Origin: Synergistota bacterium
GTDB lineage: Bacteria; Synergistota; GBS-1
Direction of reading: 5' to 3'
DNA length: 64,000 bases
Assembly (NCBI GenBank): GCA_025060595.1
Contig: JANXBX010000006.1
Coordinates: forward strand, 65,657-129,656
Part shown: positions 18,254 to 28,402 of the stretch, one piece after another
How the letters are laid out: each line of letters starts with the position of its first letter
Position numbering within the stretch: position 1 is the first letter of the stretch
Translations under genes and position numbers: made by a program
The notes under the pieces: model-generated
What the model was told of the DNA's origin: nothing
The model's input: the letters and a program-made list of their open reading frames with translations, nothing else
Database searches by the model: none

Positions 18254-20275
18254 TCAATATATACTATTCTTTGTACCATTTCCCTCCTCTCTCAAAACTT
18301 CAAGAAAAGCTTTAACTACCTTAGGATCAAAAAGCTTTCCGCTTTCTCTTTTTATATAATCGATGGCTTCTTCCCTGCTCCATGCTTTTCTGTAGGGACG
18401 ATCATGTATCAAAGCATCATAAACATCAACTACAGCAAATATCCTCGCTGAAATAGGGATTTCCTCTCCCTTCAAGCCCTTAGGATAACCGCTTCCATCC
18501 CATCTCTCGTGATGATAATAGGGGATTTCTAACGCTGGCCGAAGATACTCTATTTTTGAGAGAAGCTCATAAGCATAAACCGGATGCTTTTTCATTATCT
18601 CCCAATCTTCCTCGCTCAGCTTACCAGGTTTAAATAATATACTATCTGGAATAGCGAGCTTACCTATGTCATGAAGCAACGCCCCTCTTCTTATGTGAAG
18701 GAGAGCTTCCCCGCATATCCCGAGCTTTTTCGCCACTTTAACCGTTAATTCCGTTACCCTCTCGCTATGCCCTTCGGTTTCCCTATCTCGAAGCTCAAGC
18801 ACCTTAGCCAAGCTCTCGATAGTAGCCTCATAAGCTTGAATCAGTTTAAAATTGGTGGTCTCAAGGGATCTTAAAAGCTCAATGTTATCTATAGCTATTG
18901 CCAACTGCCCAGCTAAGGTTTCAAGGAAACTAAGCCACTCCTCATCGACATCAATAAAACTTCTCTTAAAAATTTCTAAAACTCCCAGGACCTTCCCCTT
19001 ACTTATAAGTGGAGCAACAACATAGCTTTTAAAGCCCTCTTCTCTCATAAGCCTTCCCCTAACCGGATCCTCATCCGCGTTTTCTAGCCACAGAACTCGC
19101 TTTTCAAGGATAGCTCTTCCAGCTAATCCTTCCCCCACCCTGATTCGGATCCTCTCCCAATTCCTGGTAGTGAAACCGAAACCACAGCAATTGATCCCCA
19201 ACTCCATAACCCAAGGATCAAGATGAAGCACAGAAGCAGCGTTAACGCCAAGCTGATTTACCACCTCCTCGAGAACAACCTTTATCGTTAACTTTGGATC
19301 TAAGCTACCACTTATCGCCCTATCTATGTTCCTTAAAGCTTGAAGCCTATTAAGCCTCTTTTGAGACTCCTCAAAGAGTCTAGCGCTTTCCAAAGAAGAG
19401 GCAGCAAAGTTAGCAATGGCCTGAAAGACCTCTACTTTTTCTTTCGTAAAGAAGCCTAGCTCCTTAGAGTACAAGGTTAAAACCCCATAGACCTTTTCCT
19501 TACTTATCATAGGGAAAGAGGCAACCGTTTTAATACCGAAGGGCTCAGCCCTATCCCCCCATACCTTGAAGAAAACATCTTTATATATATCCTCTATAAC
19601 CTGAGGAAGACCGCTTCTAATTGCCCTACCAGCGCTACCCATACCATAAGGGCTATCATCCCAGCGTACTATCAGACCATCGAAATAGGGGTGACCTTCA
19701 GGATAATTAGCTAATATCCTTACCCGTCCATCGGGCTCAGCCCAACCTATCAGAGACATATAAGAGCCAAAGTGTTCAACACAGCTTTTAACGACTATTC
19801 TCGCCCTCTTAAGAAAATCTAGATCTTCCAATATAAGCTCTTTAGCCAGGTTATACATATTAGTCATTGAGTTAACATATGTTTTAAGCTCAGTTATATC
19901 CTCTCCAGCGCTTATAATTTCCACTATATTACCAGACTCATCACGTAAAAAGCTATTGTGCCAGGCTATAAGCCTTCTTCTGCCATCCTTAGTAAGTATC
20001 GGATTCTCATTATACTTAACTGGCTCAAGCTCCCCATTAATTAGCTTTTGAAAGACCCTTTCAACATCCTTTCTAATCTCCTGAGGGAGAAAATTATCAA
20101 ACCAGCTCTTACCCAAAATCTCCTCTTCACTACAACCTAAAATCTCACAACCCTTGCGATTGATGAAGGTCACCCTTCCATCCCTATCAAGGGTGAGAAT
20201 GATCACTTGAGCTAAATTTAAAAGAGCCTTTAACTTGTTTAAGTCGCTCCCGTAATCGACCTCACCTCTCATCAA
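18254..20275 (-). CDS. PAS-GAF-GAF-HD-GYP domain phosphodiesterase (c-di-GMP signalling)
   Basis: C-terminal HD-GYP motifs HDIGKLAIPDSIL...HHERWDGSGYPKGL. N-terminal PAS (VIILTLDRDGRVTFINRKGCEILG) and two GAF-like regions. Confidence 0.85.
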   Translation of the reverse strand: MMRGEVDYGSDLNKLKALLNLAQVIILTLDRDGRVTFINRKGCEILGCSEEEILGKSWFDNFLPQEIRKDVERVFQKLINGELEPVKYNENPILTKDGRRRLIAWHNSFLRDESGNIVEIISAGEDITELKTYVNSMTNMYNLAKELILEDLDFLKRARIVVKSCVEHFGSYMSLIGWAEPDGRVRILANYPEGHPYFDGLIVRWDDSPYGMGSAGRAIRSGLPQVIEDIYKDVFFKVWGDRAEPFGIKTVASFPMISKEKVYGVLTLYSKELGFFTKEKVEVFQAIANFAASSLESARLFEESQKRLNRLQALRNIDRAISGSLDPKLTIKVVLEEVVNQLGVNAASVLHLDPWVMELGINCCGFGFTTRNWERIRIRVGEGLAGRAILEKRVLWLENADEDPVRGRLMREEGFKSYVVAPLISKGKVLGVLEIFKRSFIDVDEEWLSFLETLAGQLAIAIDNIELLRSLETTNFKLIQAYEATIESLAKVLELRDRETEGHSERVTELTVKVAKKLGICGEALLHIRRGALLHDIGKLAIPDSILFKPGKLSEEDWEIMKKHPVYAYELLSKIEYLRPALEIPYYHHERWDGSGYPKGLKGEEIPISARIFAVVDVYDALIHDRPYRKAWSREEAIDYIKRESGKLFDPKVVKAFLEVLREEGNGTKNSIY

Positions 20276-20437
20276 GATACCCCCTCATGACATAAAATTT
20301 TAAGAGCTTATTGACAGAAGAAAAAACAAAGATTAAAATCTTCCTGGTCATTTCAACAGAGTTTCAAAATCAAAACAATATAATTTTGGAGATTTCGCAA
20401 CAAATATCTCCAAAACCTTAAAGGAGGTTATTCAGTT

Positions 20438-22456
20438 ATGAGCGGTATTAAAAGCCTCAGGTTAAAGATGTTAATCCTTCTACTTCTTCCCACCATAGCT
20501 CTATCAACTATTATAACATTTATTACTGAAAAAAGACTGAGTTTCTCAATTGCCTCCATAGTTGAAAACATGTCGCTTGAGTTATCTGTTAAAGGAGCTA
20601 ACATAATTGATGAGTGGCTTAAGAGCGTAGTAAATGACATGGACTGGCTTGCAGGAACGAATGCGGTAAAGGATGCATTAAAGAGCGGTGACTGGAATAA
20701 TCTGCTAAAAAACTACCTTCCGCCAAGAATAAAGAATAAACCATTCCAAGATTTGTTTATAGCTGATGCTACGGGAAAGGCCGCAAGCCCGACCACCCCT
20801 GACTCAACTGTAGATGTAAAAGATAGAGAATACTTTAAGCAAATATTTCAGCAAGGTAAAGATCTCCATATCGGAAACGCTATTATCTCAAGAGTAACAA
20901 ATGAACCTGTCTTTGTAATTGCTAAAGCAGTGAAAGATGAAAAGGGTAATACTATGGGAATAATTTTTGCAGCCATACCTCTTACCACCTTTTCTAAGAT
21001 AGCCTCGGAAATAAAGTTAGGAAAATCGGGATATGGATGGATAGTAGACGCAAGCGGAACTGTTGTAGCGCATCCTCGCCAGGAATATCTCATGAAGCTT
21101 AAGATAAGCGAGGCCTCCAAAGCTAACTTTAAGGGACTTGAGGAAGCATCAGGAGACATTCTAAACGGCAAAACAGGATACACCAAAGTTACTCTACCTA
21201 ATGGATCTACTAATTTAACTTTCTATGCTCCCATCAAGGTCGCTAAGGGCTGGGCTTTCCTAGTAGACATGCCTGAGAAGGAGCTATATTCTTATAGTGC
21301 AGGCATAGTAAGAAACATAATAGTGCTTTTGGGAATATTAATAGGCGCAACAGCTTTAATAATCCTCCTTGTGAGCTTTTCCATATCCAAGCCTTTAAAG
21401 GAGCTTGCCCAGAAGGTGGCAAACTTCGGTAAGGGAGATTTAACGGTTAGCTTCCAGGCAAAGGGTAAAGATGAGGTAGCCCAAATAGCTCAGGCATTAA
21501 ACCTAATGGCGAATTCCTTAAGAGAATCTTTAAAGACCATAAGTGAAGGATCCAATCAGGTAACATCCTCGGCAGAAAACCTCGCAACTATAGCAGAAAA
21601 TGTAAGCACAGCAAGTGAGGAGCTTGTAGCGCAAATGGAGGAAATAAACAAGGCAGCGCAAGATGCTTCTGCATCCATAGAAGAGGTCAATGCTGGTATC
21701 GAAGAGATAGCATCAAGCGCTCAAAACCTCTCAAAAGCCGCACAGGACTTAACGGAAAGGGCAAAAGAGGTTGATAATGCCGTTAAAGAGGGAGAGGAAG
21801 CCATAAAGCTTATAGTTGATGTAATAAATCAAACTAAGGAAAAGTCTAAAGATACAGAAAGGGCGGTATCTGAGCTTTCCGAAATGGCCAAAAACATCGG
21901 AGATATACTCCAAACTATAAGCTCTATAGCTGAACAGACTAACTTATTAGCATTAAATGCCGCTATCGAGGCAGCTCGCGCAGGAGAGGCTGGTCGCGGA
22001 TTTGCCGTTGTAGCTGATGAAATAAGAAAGCTTGCTGAAGGGAGCAAAGTGGCGACAAATAAGATATCCCAGATACTAAACCAAATAAAGCAAGGGGCTC
22101 AAACTGCAGGCCTAGCCACATCTGAAACTGCAAAAGCGGTAGAAAAGGCTATGGAAAGCTCCATAAGAGTGAAAGATAAGCTCTTAAGTATATTAAGAGA
22201 GATAGAAGGAATGAGCTCTCAAATAGAGAGCCTAGCGGCAACAGCTCAAGAACAAAGCGCAGCTACTCAAGAGATGAGTAGCGCTCTAGACATAGCTACA
22301 AGATCCATAACCTCTATAGCTCAACAGGTTGAAGCTGCTACTGAGGTATCAAAGAAGCAAGCGGACTCAAGCCAGAACGTCAGTGCCTCTGCAGAAGAGC
22401 TATCCTCCATAACTGAGAGCCTGCAGGAGATGATAAGGAAGTTTAAGGTAGCATAA
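20438..22456 (+). CDS. Methyl-accepting chemotaxis protein with a periplasmic dCache_1-type sensor
   Basis: TM1, then a ~270-aa extracytoplasmic domain, TM2, HAMP and an MCP signalling domain ([34 protein letters not shown]). Confidence 0.9.
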   Translation: MSGIKSLRLKMLILLLLPTIALSTIITFITEKRLSFSIASIVENMSLELSVKGANIIDEWLKSVVNDMDWLAGTNAVKDALKSGDWNNLLKNYLPPRIKNKPFQDLFIADATGKAASPTTPDSTVDVKDREYFKQIFQQGKDLHIGNAIISRVTNEPVFVIAKAVKDEKGNTMGIIFAAIPLTTFSKIASEIKLGKSGYGWIVDASGTVVAHPRQEYLMKLKISEASKANFKGLEEASGDILNGKTGYTKVTLPNGSTNLTFYAPIKVAKGWAFLVDMPEKELYSYSAGIVRNIIVLLGILIGATALIILLVSFSISKPLKELAQKVANFGKGDLTVSFQAKGKDEVAQIAQALNLMANSLRESLKTISEGSNQVTSSAENLATIAENVSTASEELVAQMEEINKAAQDASASIEEVNAGIEEIASSAQNLSKAAQDLTERAKEVDNAVKEGEEAIKLIVDVINQTKEKSKDTERAVSELSEMAKNIGDILQTISSIAEQTNLLALNAAIEAARAGEAGRGFAVVADEIRKLAEGSKVATNKISQILNQIKQGAQTAGLATSETAKAVEKAMESSIRVKDKLLSILREIEGMSSQIESLAATAQEQSAATQEMSSALDIATRSITSIAQQVEAATEVSKKQADSSQNVSASAEELSSITESLQEMIRKFKVA

Positions 22457-22463
22457 AATAAAT

Positions 22464-22493
22464 AAGGCCTCCCCTTTTAAAAGGGGAGGCCTT
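22464..22493. terminator. Bidirectional intrinsic terminator
   Basis: The sequence aaggcctcccc-ttttaaaa-ggggaggcctt lies between convergent genes. Confidence 0.7.
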
Positions 22494-22508
22494 TAATTCA
22501 ACCTTTAC

Positions 22509-23858
22509 TTAAACTTCTGGAGCAGGTGGGATTATCTTCGACTCCATTAAAAGCTTGACCATTTCCCTTGACGACTTTATCGCCTCTTCCGCCTTCTTAA
22601 GCAGTTCCTCACGAGTAAGCTTAACCCTCGCTATACCTTGCTCTATAGCCTTAAGTCCGACAGCCGCGGCTTCCTCCACATATACCTCCCACATTTCCAT
22701 GGTAGGAAGTATAAAATCCTCTGAAAGAAGATTCTTTTTCTCAACATAGTCAGCCAAGGCGGTAGCAGCAGCTATACACATCTCATCAGTTATAGTTTTA
22801 GCTCTAACATCCAACGCTCCACGGAATATGGCTGGAAAACCAAGAGAGTTATTAACCTGATTTGGGAAATCAGATCTTCCTGTTGCAACTACCTTAGCCC
22901 CCGCCTCCTTAGCATCCCATGGCCATATCTCAGGAATAGGGTTAGCACAAGCAAATACCACTGCATTCTTAGCCATACCCTTTACCCAATCCTTCTTCAC
23001 AGTATCAGGCCCAGGGGTGGAAAGAGCTACTAATGCATCGGCACCCTTCATAGCGGCTTGGGCATCCCCAGCCACCTTTTCAGCGTTGGTCTTTTCACAC
23101 ATCTCCCACTTCTCCTTAAACTTATCTTTGTTCTTTTCTATGTCGGTCCTACCCTTATGAAGGGTACCCTTAGAATCACAAAGTATTAAGTTTCCACCAG
23201 GAACGCCAGCAGCCATAAGAAGCCTCGCAGTGCATATACCGGAAGCACCTGCACCTAAAATGACTATTTTCATATCCTGAAGTTTCTTCCCTACTATCTT
23301 AGCAGCGTTAATCAAGCCAGCTAATACCACAGCGGCGGTACCTTGCTGATCATCATGCCATACAGGTATTTCCATTTCATTTCTTAACCTCTCAAGTATA
23401 TAGAAACACTTAGGCTGTTCTATATCCTCGAGATTTATTCCACCAAAGGAAGGTTGAAGGTATTTAACGGTCTTAATAAACTCATCGGGATCCTTAGTAT
23501 CAAGGCACACAGGAACAGCATCAACTCCACCAAGGTACTTAAAGAGCAGAGACTTACCCTCCATAACAGGCATGGCAGCTTCAGGACCTATGTCACCTAA
23601 TCCTAATACCCTTGTCCCATCAGTTACTACAGCAACTACATTCCACTTCCAGGTATACTCATACACAAGCTCCTTATTAGCCTGAATAGCTTTGCATGGA
23701 GCAGCAACACCAGGAGTATACCAAATAGCAAAATCGTCGATGCTTCTTACAGCACACCTTAAGCCAGTTTGAATTTTACCGCGGTAAAACTTGTGCAATC
23801 TCATCGCATCCTCAGCTGGCTTGCTCGCCTTCTTTAAGAGCTCCTCCTTAGTTAACAT
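22509..23858 (-). CDS. NAD(P)-dependent malic enzyme (short prokaryotic form)
   Basis: Malic enzyme N-terminal and NAD-binding signature regions (...LHKFYRGKIQT...YTPGVA...VVTDGTRVLGLGDIG...). Confidence 0.9.
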   Translation of the reverse strand: MLTKEELLKKASKPAEDAMRLHKFYRGKIQTGLRCAVRSIDDFAIWYTPGVAAPCKAIQANKELVYEYTWKWNVVAVVTDGTRVLGLGDIGPEAAMPVMEGKSLLFKYLGGVDAVPVCLDTKDPDEFIKTVKYLQPSFGGINLEDIEQPKCFYILERLRNEMEIPVWHDDQQGTAAVVLAGLINAAKIVGKKLQDMKIVILGAGASGICTARLLMAAGVPGGNLILCDSKGTLHKGRTDIEKNKDKFKEKWEMCEKTNAEKVAGDAQAAMKGADALVALSTPGPDTVKKDWVKGMAKNAVVFACANPIPEIWPWDAKEAGAKVVATGRSDFPNQVNNSLGFPAIFRGALDVRAKTITDEMCIAAATALADYVEKKNLLSEDFILPTMEMWEVYVEEAAAVGLKAIEQGIARVKLTREELLKKAEEAIKSSREMVKLLMESKIIPPAPEV

Positions 23859-23871
23859 CTGTATCCCTCCC

Positions 23872-24423
23872 TTAAAGCACTCTATATTTCTTTACTCCCT
23901 CTACATAAAGATCGTTACCATTAGCATCTATACCCACTATCAGAGGAAAATCCTCCACCTCAAGCCTGTATATGGCCTCGGGCCCGAGATCTGGAAAGGC
24001 TATAACCTCTGCTTTCTTTATGCGCTTTGCAAGCAAAGCTCCAAGTCCACCTATGGCTAAAAAGTAAACTGCCTTATGCTTTTTCATAGCCTCAATAACC
24101 TGAGGCTTTCTTAACCCCTTACCTATCATACCCTTTAACCCATGCTCTATTAACGTAGGAGTATAAGGGTCCATTCTACCGCTCGTGGTAGGACCAGCAG
24201 AGCCTATCACCTGACCAGGCTTAGGGGGACAAGGTCCAACATAATAAATTACTTGCCCCTGAAGATCAACGGGAAGCTTTTCTCCACGAGATATCATCTC
24301 AAATAAGCGCTTGTGAGCTGCATCACGACCAGTATATATAACACCAGAGAGCAACACTTCATCTCCCGATTTAAGGCTTAAAACCACTTCATCCGTTAAA
24401 GGAGTAGTTATCCTTTTAACCAT
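23872..24423 (-). CDS. Fe-S hydro-lyase beta subunit (class I fumarate hydratase / L-tartrate dehydratase beta)
   Basis: 183 aa. FumB/TtdB-type C-terminal domain. Immediately downstream of the alpha subunit. Confidence 0.85.
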   Translation of the reverse strand: MVKRITTPLTDEVVLSLKSGDEVLLSGVIYTGRDAAHKRLFEMISRGEKLPVDLQGQVIYYVGPCPPKPGQVIGSAGPTTSGRMDPYTPTLIEHGLKGMIGKGLRKPQVIEAMKKHKAVYFLAIGGLGALLAKRIKKAEVIAFPDLGPEAIYRLEVEDFPLIVGIDANGNDLYVEGVKKYRVL

Positions 24424-24437
24424 GCGTTAGCACCCCC

Positions 24438-25292
24438 TTAAAGGACTACCTCAACGTGCCTTGCAACATGACACTGAATACTGACTGCCACAGGCAAAGC
24501 AACCAAGTGCGTCGGATACATCTCGATGTTAACTGCCAGAGCAGTTACTCTACCACCCAATCCCTGAGGACCTATACCTAATTTATTTACTTCCTCTAAA
24601 ATCTCCCTCTCAAGAGCAGCTACTTTAGGATTCGGATGAAACTCTCCTACCTTTCTAAGTAAAGCTTTCTTCGAGAGAACCGCCGCCTTATCCATAGTCC
24701 CGCCGACACCCACACCAACTAATATAGGAGGACAAGGATTAGGGCCAGCCTTTTCAACAGCCTCTAAAACAACTTTCTTTATTCCCTGAGGGCCATCCGC
24801 TGGAATTAGCATTCTAACCTGAGACATGTTCTCACTACCGCCACCTTTAGGCATAACAGCTATCTTAAGTTTATCTCCAGGAACGATATCAGTGTAAATC
24901 ACGGCAGGGGTATTATCCTTCGTATTCTTTCTCTCAAAGATCGGGTCGTCAACAATAGATTTCCTCAAATAGCCGTTTATATAGCCGCGCCTTACACCCT
25001 CGTTTATAGCATCATAGAGATTACCGCCAACTATATGAAGATCCTGACCTAACTCAACGAAAACAAGCACAATACCTGTATCTTGACAAATAGGAACCTC
25101 CTCTTTGGCAGCAACGAGAGCGTTTTCCACAAGGAGATTGAGAATATTCTTACCAATAGGGGATTCTTCAATGTCGTAAGCCTTTTTAATAGCATCCATA
25201 ACATCAGAGGGCAATATATTACAAGCTTCTATACACATCTTCTCAATGACAGGAATAATCTCGTTTACATGAAGCTCCCTCACACAGATCAC
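24438..25292 (-). CDS. Fe-S hydro-lyase alpha subunit (class I fumarate hydratase / L-tartrate dehydratase alpha)
   Basis: 284 aa. FumA N-terminal catalytic domain with conserved Cys residues. Confidence 0.85.
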   Translation of the reverse strand: MICVRELHVNEIIPVIEKMCIEACNILPSDVMDAIKKAYDIEESPIGKNILNLLVENALVAAKEEVPICQDTGIVLVFVELGQDLHIVGGNLYDAINEGVRRGYINGYLRKSIVDDPIFERKNTKDNTPAVIYTDIVPGDKLKIAVMPKGGGSENMSQVRMLIPADGPQGIKKVVLEAVEKAGPNPCPPILVGVGVGGTMDKAAVLSKKALLRKVGEFHPNPKVAALEREILEEVNKLGIGPQGLGGRVTALAVNIEMYPTHLVALPVAVSIQCHVARHVEVVL

Positions 25293-25309
25293 TCCTCCTT
25301 TACATAGAG

Positions 25310-25975
25310 CTAAAGGGAAGAAAGCACATTCTTGGATATATTTTGTATATGCTCTCTTATTGCTTCCTCAGCCTTTACAAGATCCCTTTCCTTTATAGCT
25401 TCCCAAATCTTTTCATGTTCCCTCAAAGAGTCCAAAGCTCTACCTGCAGTAAGAAGAGAGCGAAACTTATATCTTATAAGATGAACATTAGCACGCTCAT
25501 AAAGCTGTTTCAAAACGGAGTTATTAGCGAGATTTATTATTTTATCATGGAACTTACTATTTAGCTCAGAGTAACGAACAAAATCGTATTTCTCTAAGGC
25601 ATCTTTCATCTCTTTTATTATGTCACCCAGCTCAGCGATATCCTTCTCGCTTGCCCTAGTACAAGCAAGCCTAATAGCCGTGATCTCTAGCCCTTCACGA
25701 ACTTCAAAACACTCTGCCAAAGTTTTCTCAGACACAGGAGCAATTACAGCGCCTTTTCTTACCTCTAAAACTGCAAGTCCCTCATAAGCAAGTCTCTCAA
25801 GGATCTTCCTCGCAATCCTCCTTGATATCCCGAATTTCTCCATAAGTTCAGCCTCTCTCAGTCTCATTCCTTCTGGAAAATAACCTGTAACGAGCGACGT
25901 GTAAACCTTATTAAATACTTCTTCGAAGGTTAATGCCTCAGCCGAGGAAGACGATCCTCTTTTACCCCTTTTCAT
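25310..25975 (-). CDS. GntR family transcriptional regulator (FadR/FCD subfamily)
   Basis: N-terminal winged HTH (ISRRIARKILERLAYEGL) followed by an FCD effector domain. Confidence 0.85.
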   Translation of the reverse strand: MKRGKRGSSSSAEALTFEEVFNKVYTSLVTGYFPEGMRLREAELMEKFGISRRIARKILERLAYEGLAVLEVRKGAVIAPVSEKTLAECFEVREGLEITAIRLACTRASEKDIAELGDIIKEMKDALEKYDFVRYSELNSKFHDKIINLANNSVLKQLYERANVHLIRYKFRSLLTAGRALDSLREHEKIWEAIKERDLVKAEEAIREHIQNISKNVLSSL

Positions 25976-26046
25976 TGCAACCCCCCCTATTTCTCAAATC
26001 CCCCTCCTAATCTACCATCGAATCAACCCTTTTATTTTAATGAACT

Positions 26047-27135
26047 CTATAATTCCTTTTTCCTTGCTTCACTTAAAAACCTATTAAAGAGCTCTGAGGC
26101 ACCTATTCTTTCGCACACATCTTTAAATTCCTTCAACACTTCAGAAGTCAAAAGCACGTCTTTACCTTCGCTTTCAGCCGCCTTTAGAAACTCTATCTCT
26201 CCTGGCATATAAATCCTTTCCCCTTCTTTGGTCGGAGAAGATTTTACCTTTCTGATGTAATCATCAACGAGAGTCTCGAAATCTCCAGGAACAAAAACTG
26301 ACGGATCCAAAACCATAAATAAATGGCCTATTCTCATCACCTTAGAAAAGTCATCATTTGCTCCTACATCCTCAAGAAAAGCCGAACCTGTCAACAAGCC
26401 GCTTAACAGATCTATTATCAAGGCAAGACCATAACCTTTAGGCCCGCCTATTGGAAGCAAAGTCCCTTTCAAAGCCTTAACCGGATCATCAGTAGGCAAT
26501 CCATTCTCATCTATAGCCCAACCTAAAGGAATCTTTTCACCTTTTAAAGCCGCCAATCTTATCCTTCCACGAGCAACTACAGAGGTAGCCATATCAAGAA
26601 CAATGGGAAGCTTGTTCTTAGCTGGTATACCTATAGCTATAGGATTGGTCCCAAAAAGAGGAGTCTTCCCACCCCACGGAGCCATTGCTGGAGCAGTGTT
26701 AGATATGGCCAAACCGATCATGCCAGCTTTAGTAGCTCTTATAACATAGTAAGCCAAGCTTCCTAGATGATTAGAATTTCTAACTCCTACAACTCCAACA
26801 CCATATTTACCGGCAAGCTCAATGCATCTATCGATCGCCCAACATCCAACAACAGGTGCTATACCATTACCCGCATCAGCAAGTATAACCGCCCCCCGCG
26901 AGGAAACCTCCCTTATATCCGTTTTAGGGTTCATGAGGCCCAAGTTTATCCTCTTAATATAAACTGGAAGGCGAGCTATACCATGAGACTTTACTCCTCT
27001 AAGCTCAGAAAAAATTAAAGAATCAACGAAAAGCTCAGCATCCTTCTGAGGAACTCCTACTAAAGACAACAGGGAAGAGCAAAAACTCCGCAAACTATCC
27101 ATCTTCACCTCAACATTACTCATAAGGCACTCCAT
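26047..27135 (-). CDS. Ldh_2 family oxidoreductase (malate / L-lactate / L-sulfolactate dehydrogenase type)
   Basis: 362 aa. The N-terminal ...ELRGVKSHGIARLPVYIKRI... is typical of Ldh_2. Confidence 0.8.
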   Translation of the reverse strand: MECLMSNVEVKMDSLRSFCSSLLSLVGVPQKDAELFVDSLIFSELRGVKSHGIARLPVYIKRINLGLMNPKTDIREVSSRGAVILADAGNGIAPVVGCWAIDRCIELAGKYGVGVVGVRNSNHLGSLAYYVIRATKAGMIGLAISNTAPAMAPWGGKTPLFGTNPIAIGIPAKNKLPIVLDMATSVVARGRIRLAALKGEKIPLGWAIDENGLPTDDPVKALKGTLLPIGGPKGYGLALIIDLLSGLLTGSAFLEDVGANDDFSKVMRIGHLFMVLDPSVFVPGDFETLVDDYIRKVKSSPTKEGERIYMPGEIEFLKAAESEGKDVLLTSEVLKEFKDVCERIGASELFNRFLSEARKKEL

Positions 27136-27288
27136 TTTATTTACCTCCTTCAGAACCTTTCAAGAGGCTATTATATCAATTAAAGTAAAATAAAAAAAGG
27201 AGGGGGGAGGGGGGTGGGGATCGCTACGCTATCACTTCCCCCTCTCGATCTTATTATGTTTATCCTAACCCGAAGGGTTGATATCTCT

Positions 27289-28200
27289 TTACTCAGGAAT
27301 AGCCATATCAGGCTGACCGTTCGCACTCTGAACAGCCTCAGGATAGTAGCGTCTCACAAACTCGACAGTTAGAGCAGCCTGATAAGCCATATCTTTACCA
27401 TTTTGAGCGGTCGTCTTTACACCATGAGCGCTAACAACGGAGTTACCCGTCTTAAGATGTATAGGAGCAGCTATTCTAACCATCTCAGGAGCCTCAAAAA
27501 CCCTTATAAAACCACCAGAAGCTGGAGGATTATCTACATGAACATCCAAGGGAACTTTAACAGCCTGTCTTAAGGCAGCTATCATGGGAAGCTGCATATC
27601 TCTAACAGGGTTAATAGAATCAGCACCTAGATTCTCAAGCAACTTGAAGGACGCGGGATTAGCATGTCCACAGTGAGCGGATACCTTGAACCTCACATTC
27701 TTAGGAAGCTCTCCGGCCTTTCTCATCTCATTTAGTACCCAGAGCATACCTTCATCATAAACCAATATTCCCCTAACACCCAACTCAACACCACGCAAAA
27801 CATCCTCAATGGCCCTGACAAGCTGCTCAGCACCCCTTAGCCTATAACCGATTCTAACACCCTGAGAAGTTAACATGGTAGCGCTCGTATCATAAGTAGC
27901 TCTGGGACCAACAGACATATTAAGCTCTATACCATTATCCTTACAAATAGCAACAAACTCCTTTATCTCCTTAGCGGTGTAACGCATCATACCGAACGTA
28001 TCATCAACACGGTTTATAGTTATTCCCAAACTTTTAGCAGTATCCAAAAGGGCCCTCAAAGCCTCAGCAGAGTTAACGGTGGGAACCTCTATACGGAAGT
28101 GAGCCCCATCCGGAAACCTCATATTAGAAGTAGGTAAATCCCACGAATCTGAACCAGGTAAACCAAGCTTCTTTAAAAACGCTCTTGTCCGATCGAACAT
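27289..28200 (-). CDS. Hypothetical protein (possible TIM-barrel enzyme)
   Basis: A 303-aa ORF. Family not recognised from sequence alone. Confidence 0.3.
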   Translation of the reverse strand: MFDRTRAFLKKLGLPGSDSWDLPTSNMRFPDGAHFRIEVPTVNSAEALRALLDTAKSLGITINRVDDTFGMMRYTAKEIKEFVAICKDNGIELNMSVGPRATYDTSATMLTSQGVRIGYRLRGAEQLVRAIEDVLRGVELGVRGILVYDEGMLWVLNEMRKAGELPKNVRFKVSAHCGHANPASFKLLENLGADSINPVRDMQLPMIAALRQAVKVPLDVHVDNPPASGGFIRVFEAPEMVRIAAPIHLKTGNSVVSAHGVKTTAQNGKDMAYQAALTVEFVRRYYPEAVQSANGQPDMAIPE

Positions 28201-28352
28201 AACTCATTCCCTCCTTAAAAATCTAAGTTCTCTTCAATGCTAACATTAATATAGCACTTTCAAACCAACTTGTCAATATAATCTTCGAGCACAACTTATA
28301 AATATTTTTTGTAAACATTCTTGTTACAAAAACGAACATCAATAAAAGAAGA

Positions 28353-28381
28353 GCCCATACGGATAATATACCCGCATGGGC
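28353..28381 (-). terminator. Intrinsic terminator after tctA (hairpin plus U-run on the minus strand)
   Basis: The sequence gcccatacgg-ataatatac-ccgcatgggc is followed on the minus strand by cucuucuuuuauu. It shares its stem motif with the hairpin at 35596. Confidence 0.5.
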
Positions 28382-28402
28382 CACTATCCCTTCCAAACCT
28401 CT

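Noticed and set aside
27199-27222. G-rich tract, considered as part of a CRISPR or other repeat array
   Set aside because: It is a single tract with no periodic repeats. I report it only as a possible anti-SD or G4 element in a finding.
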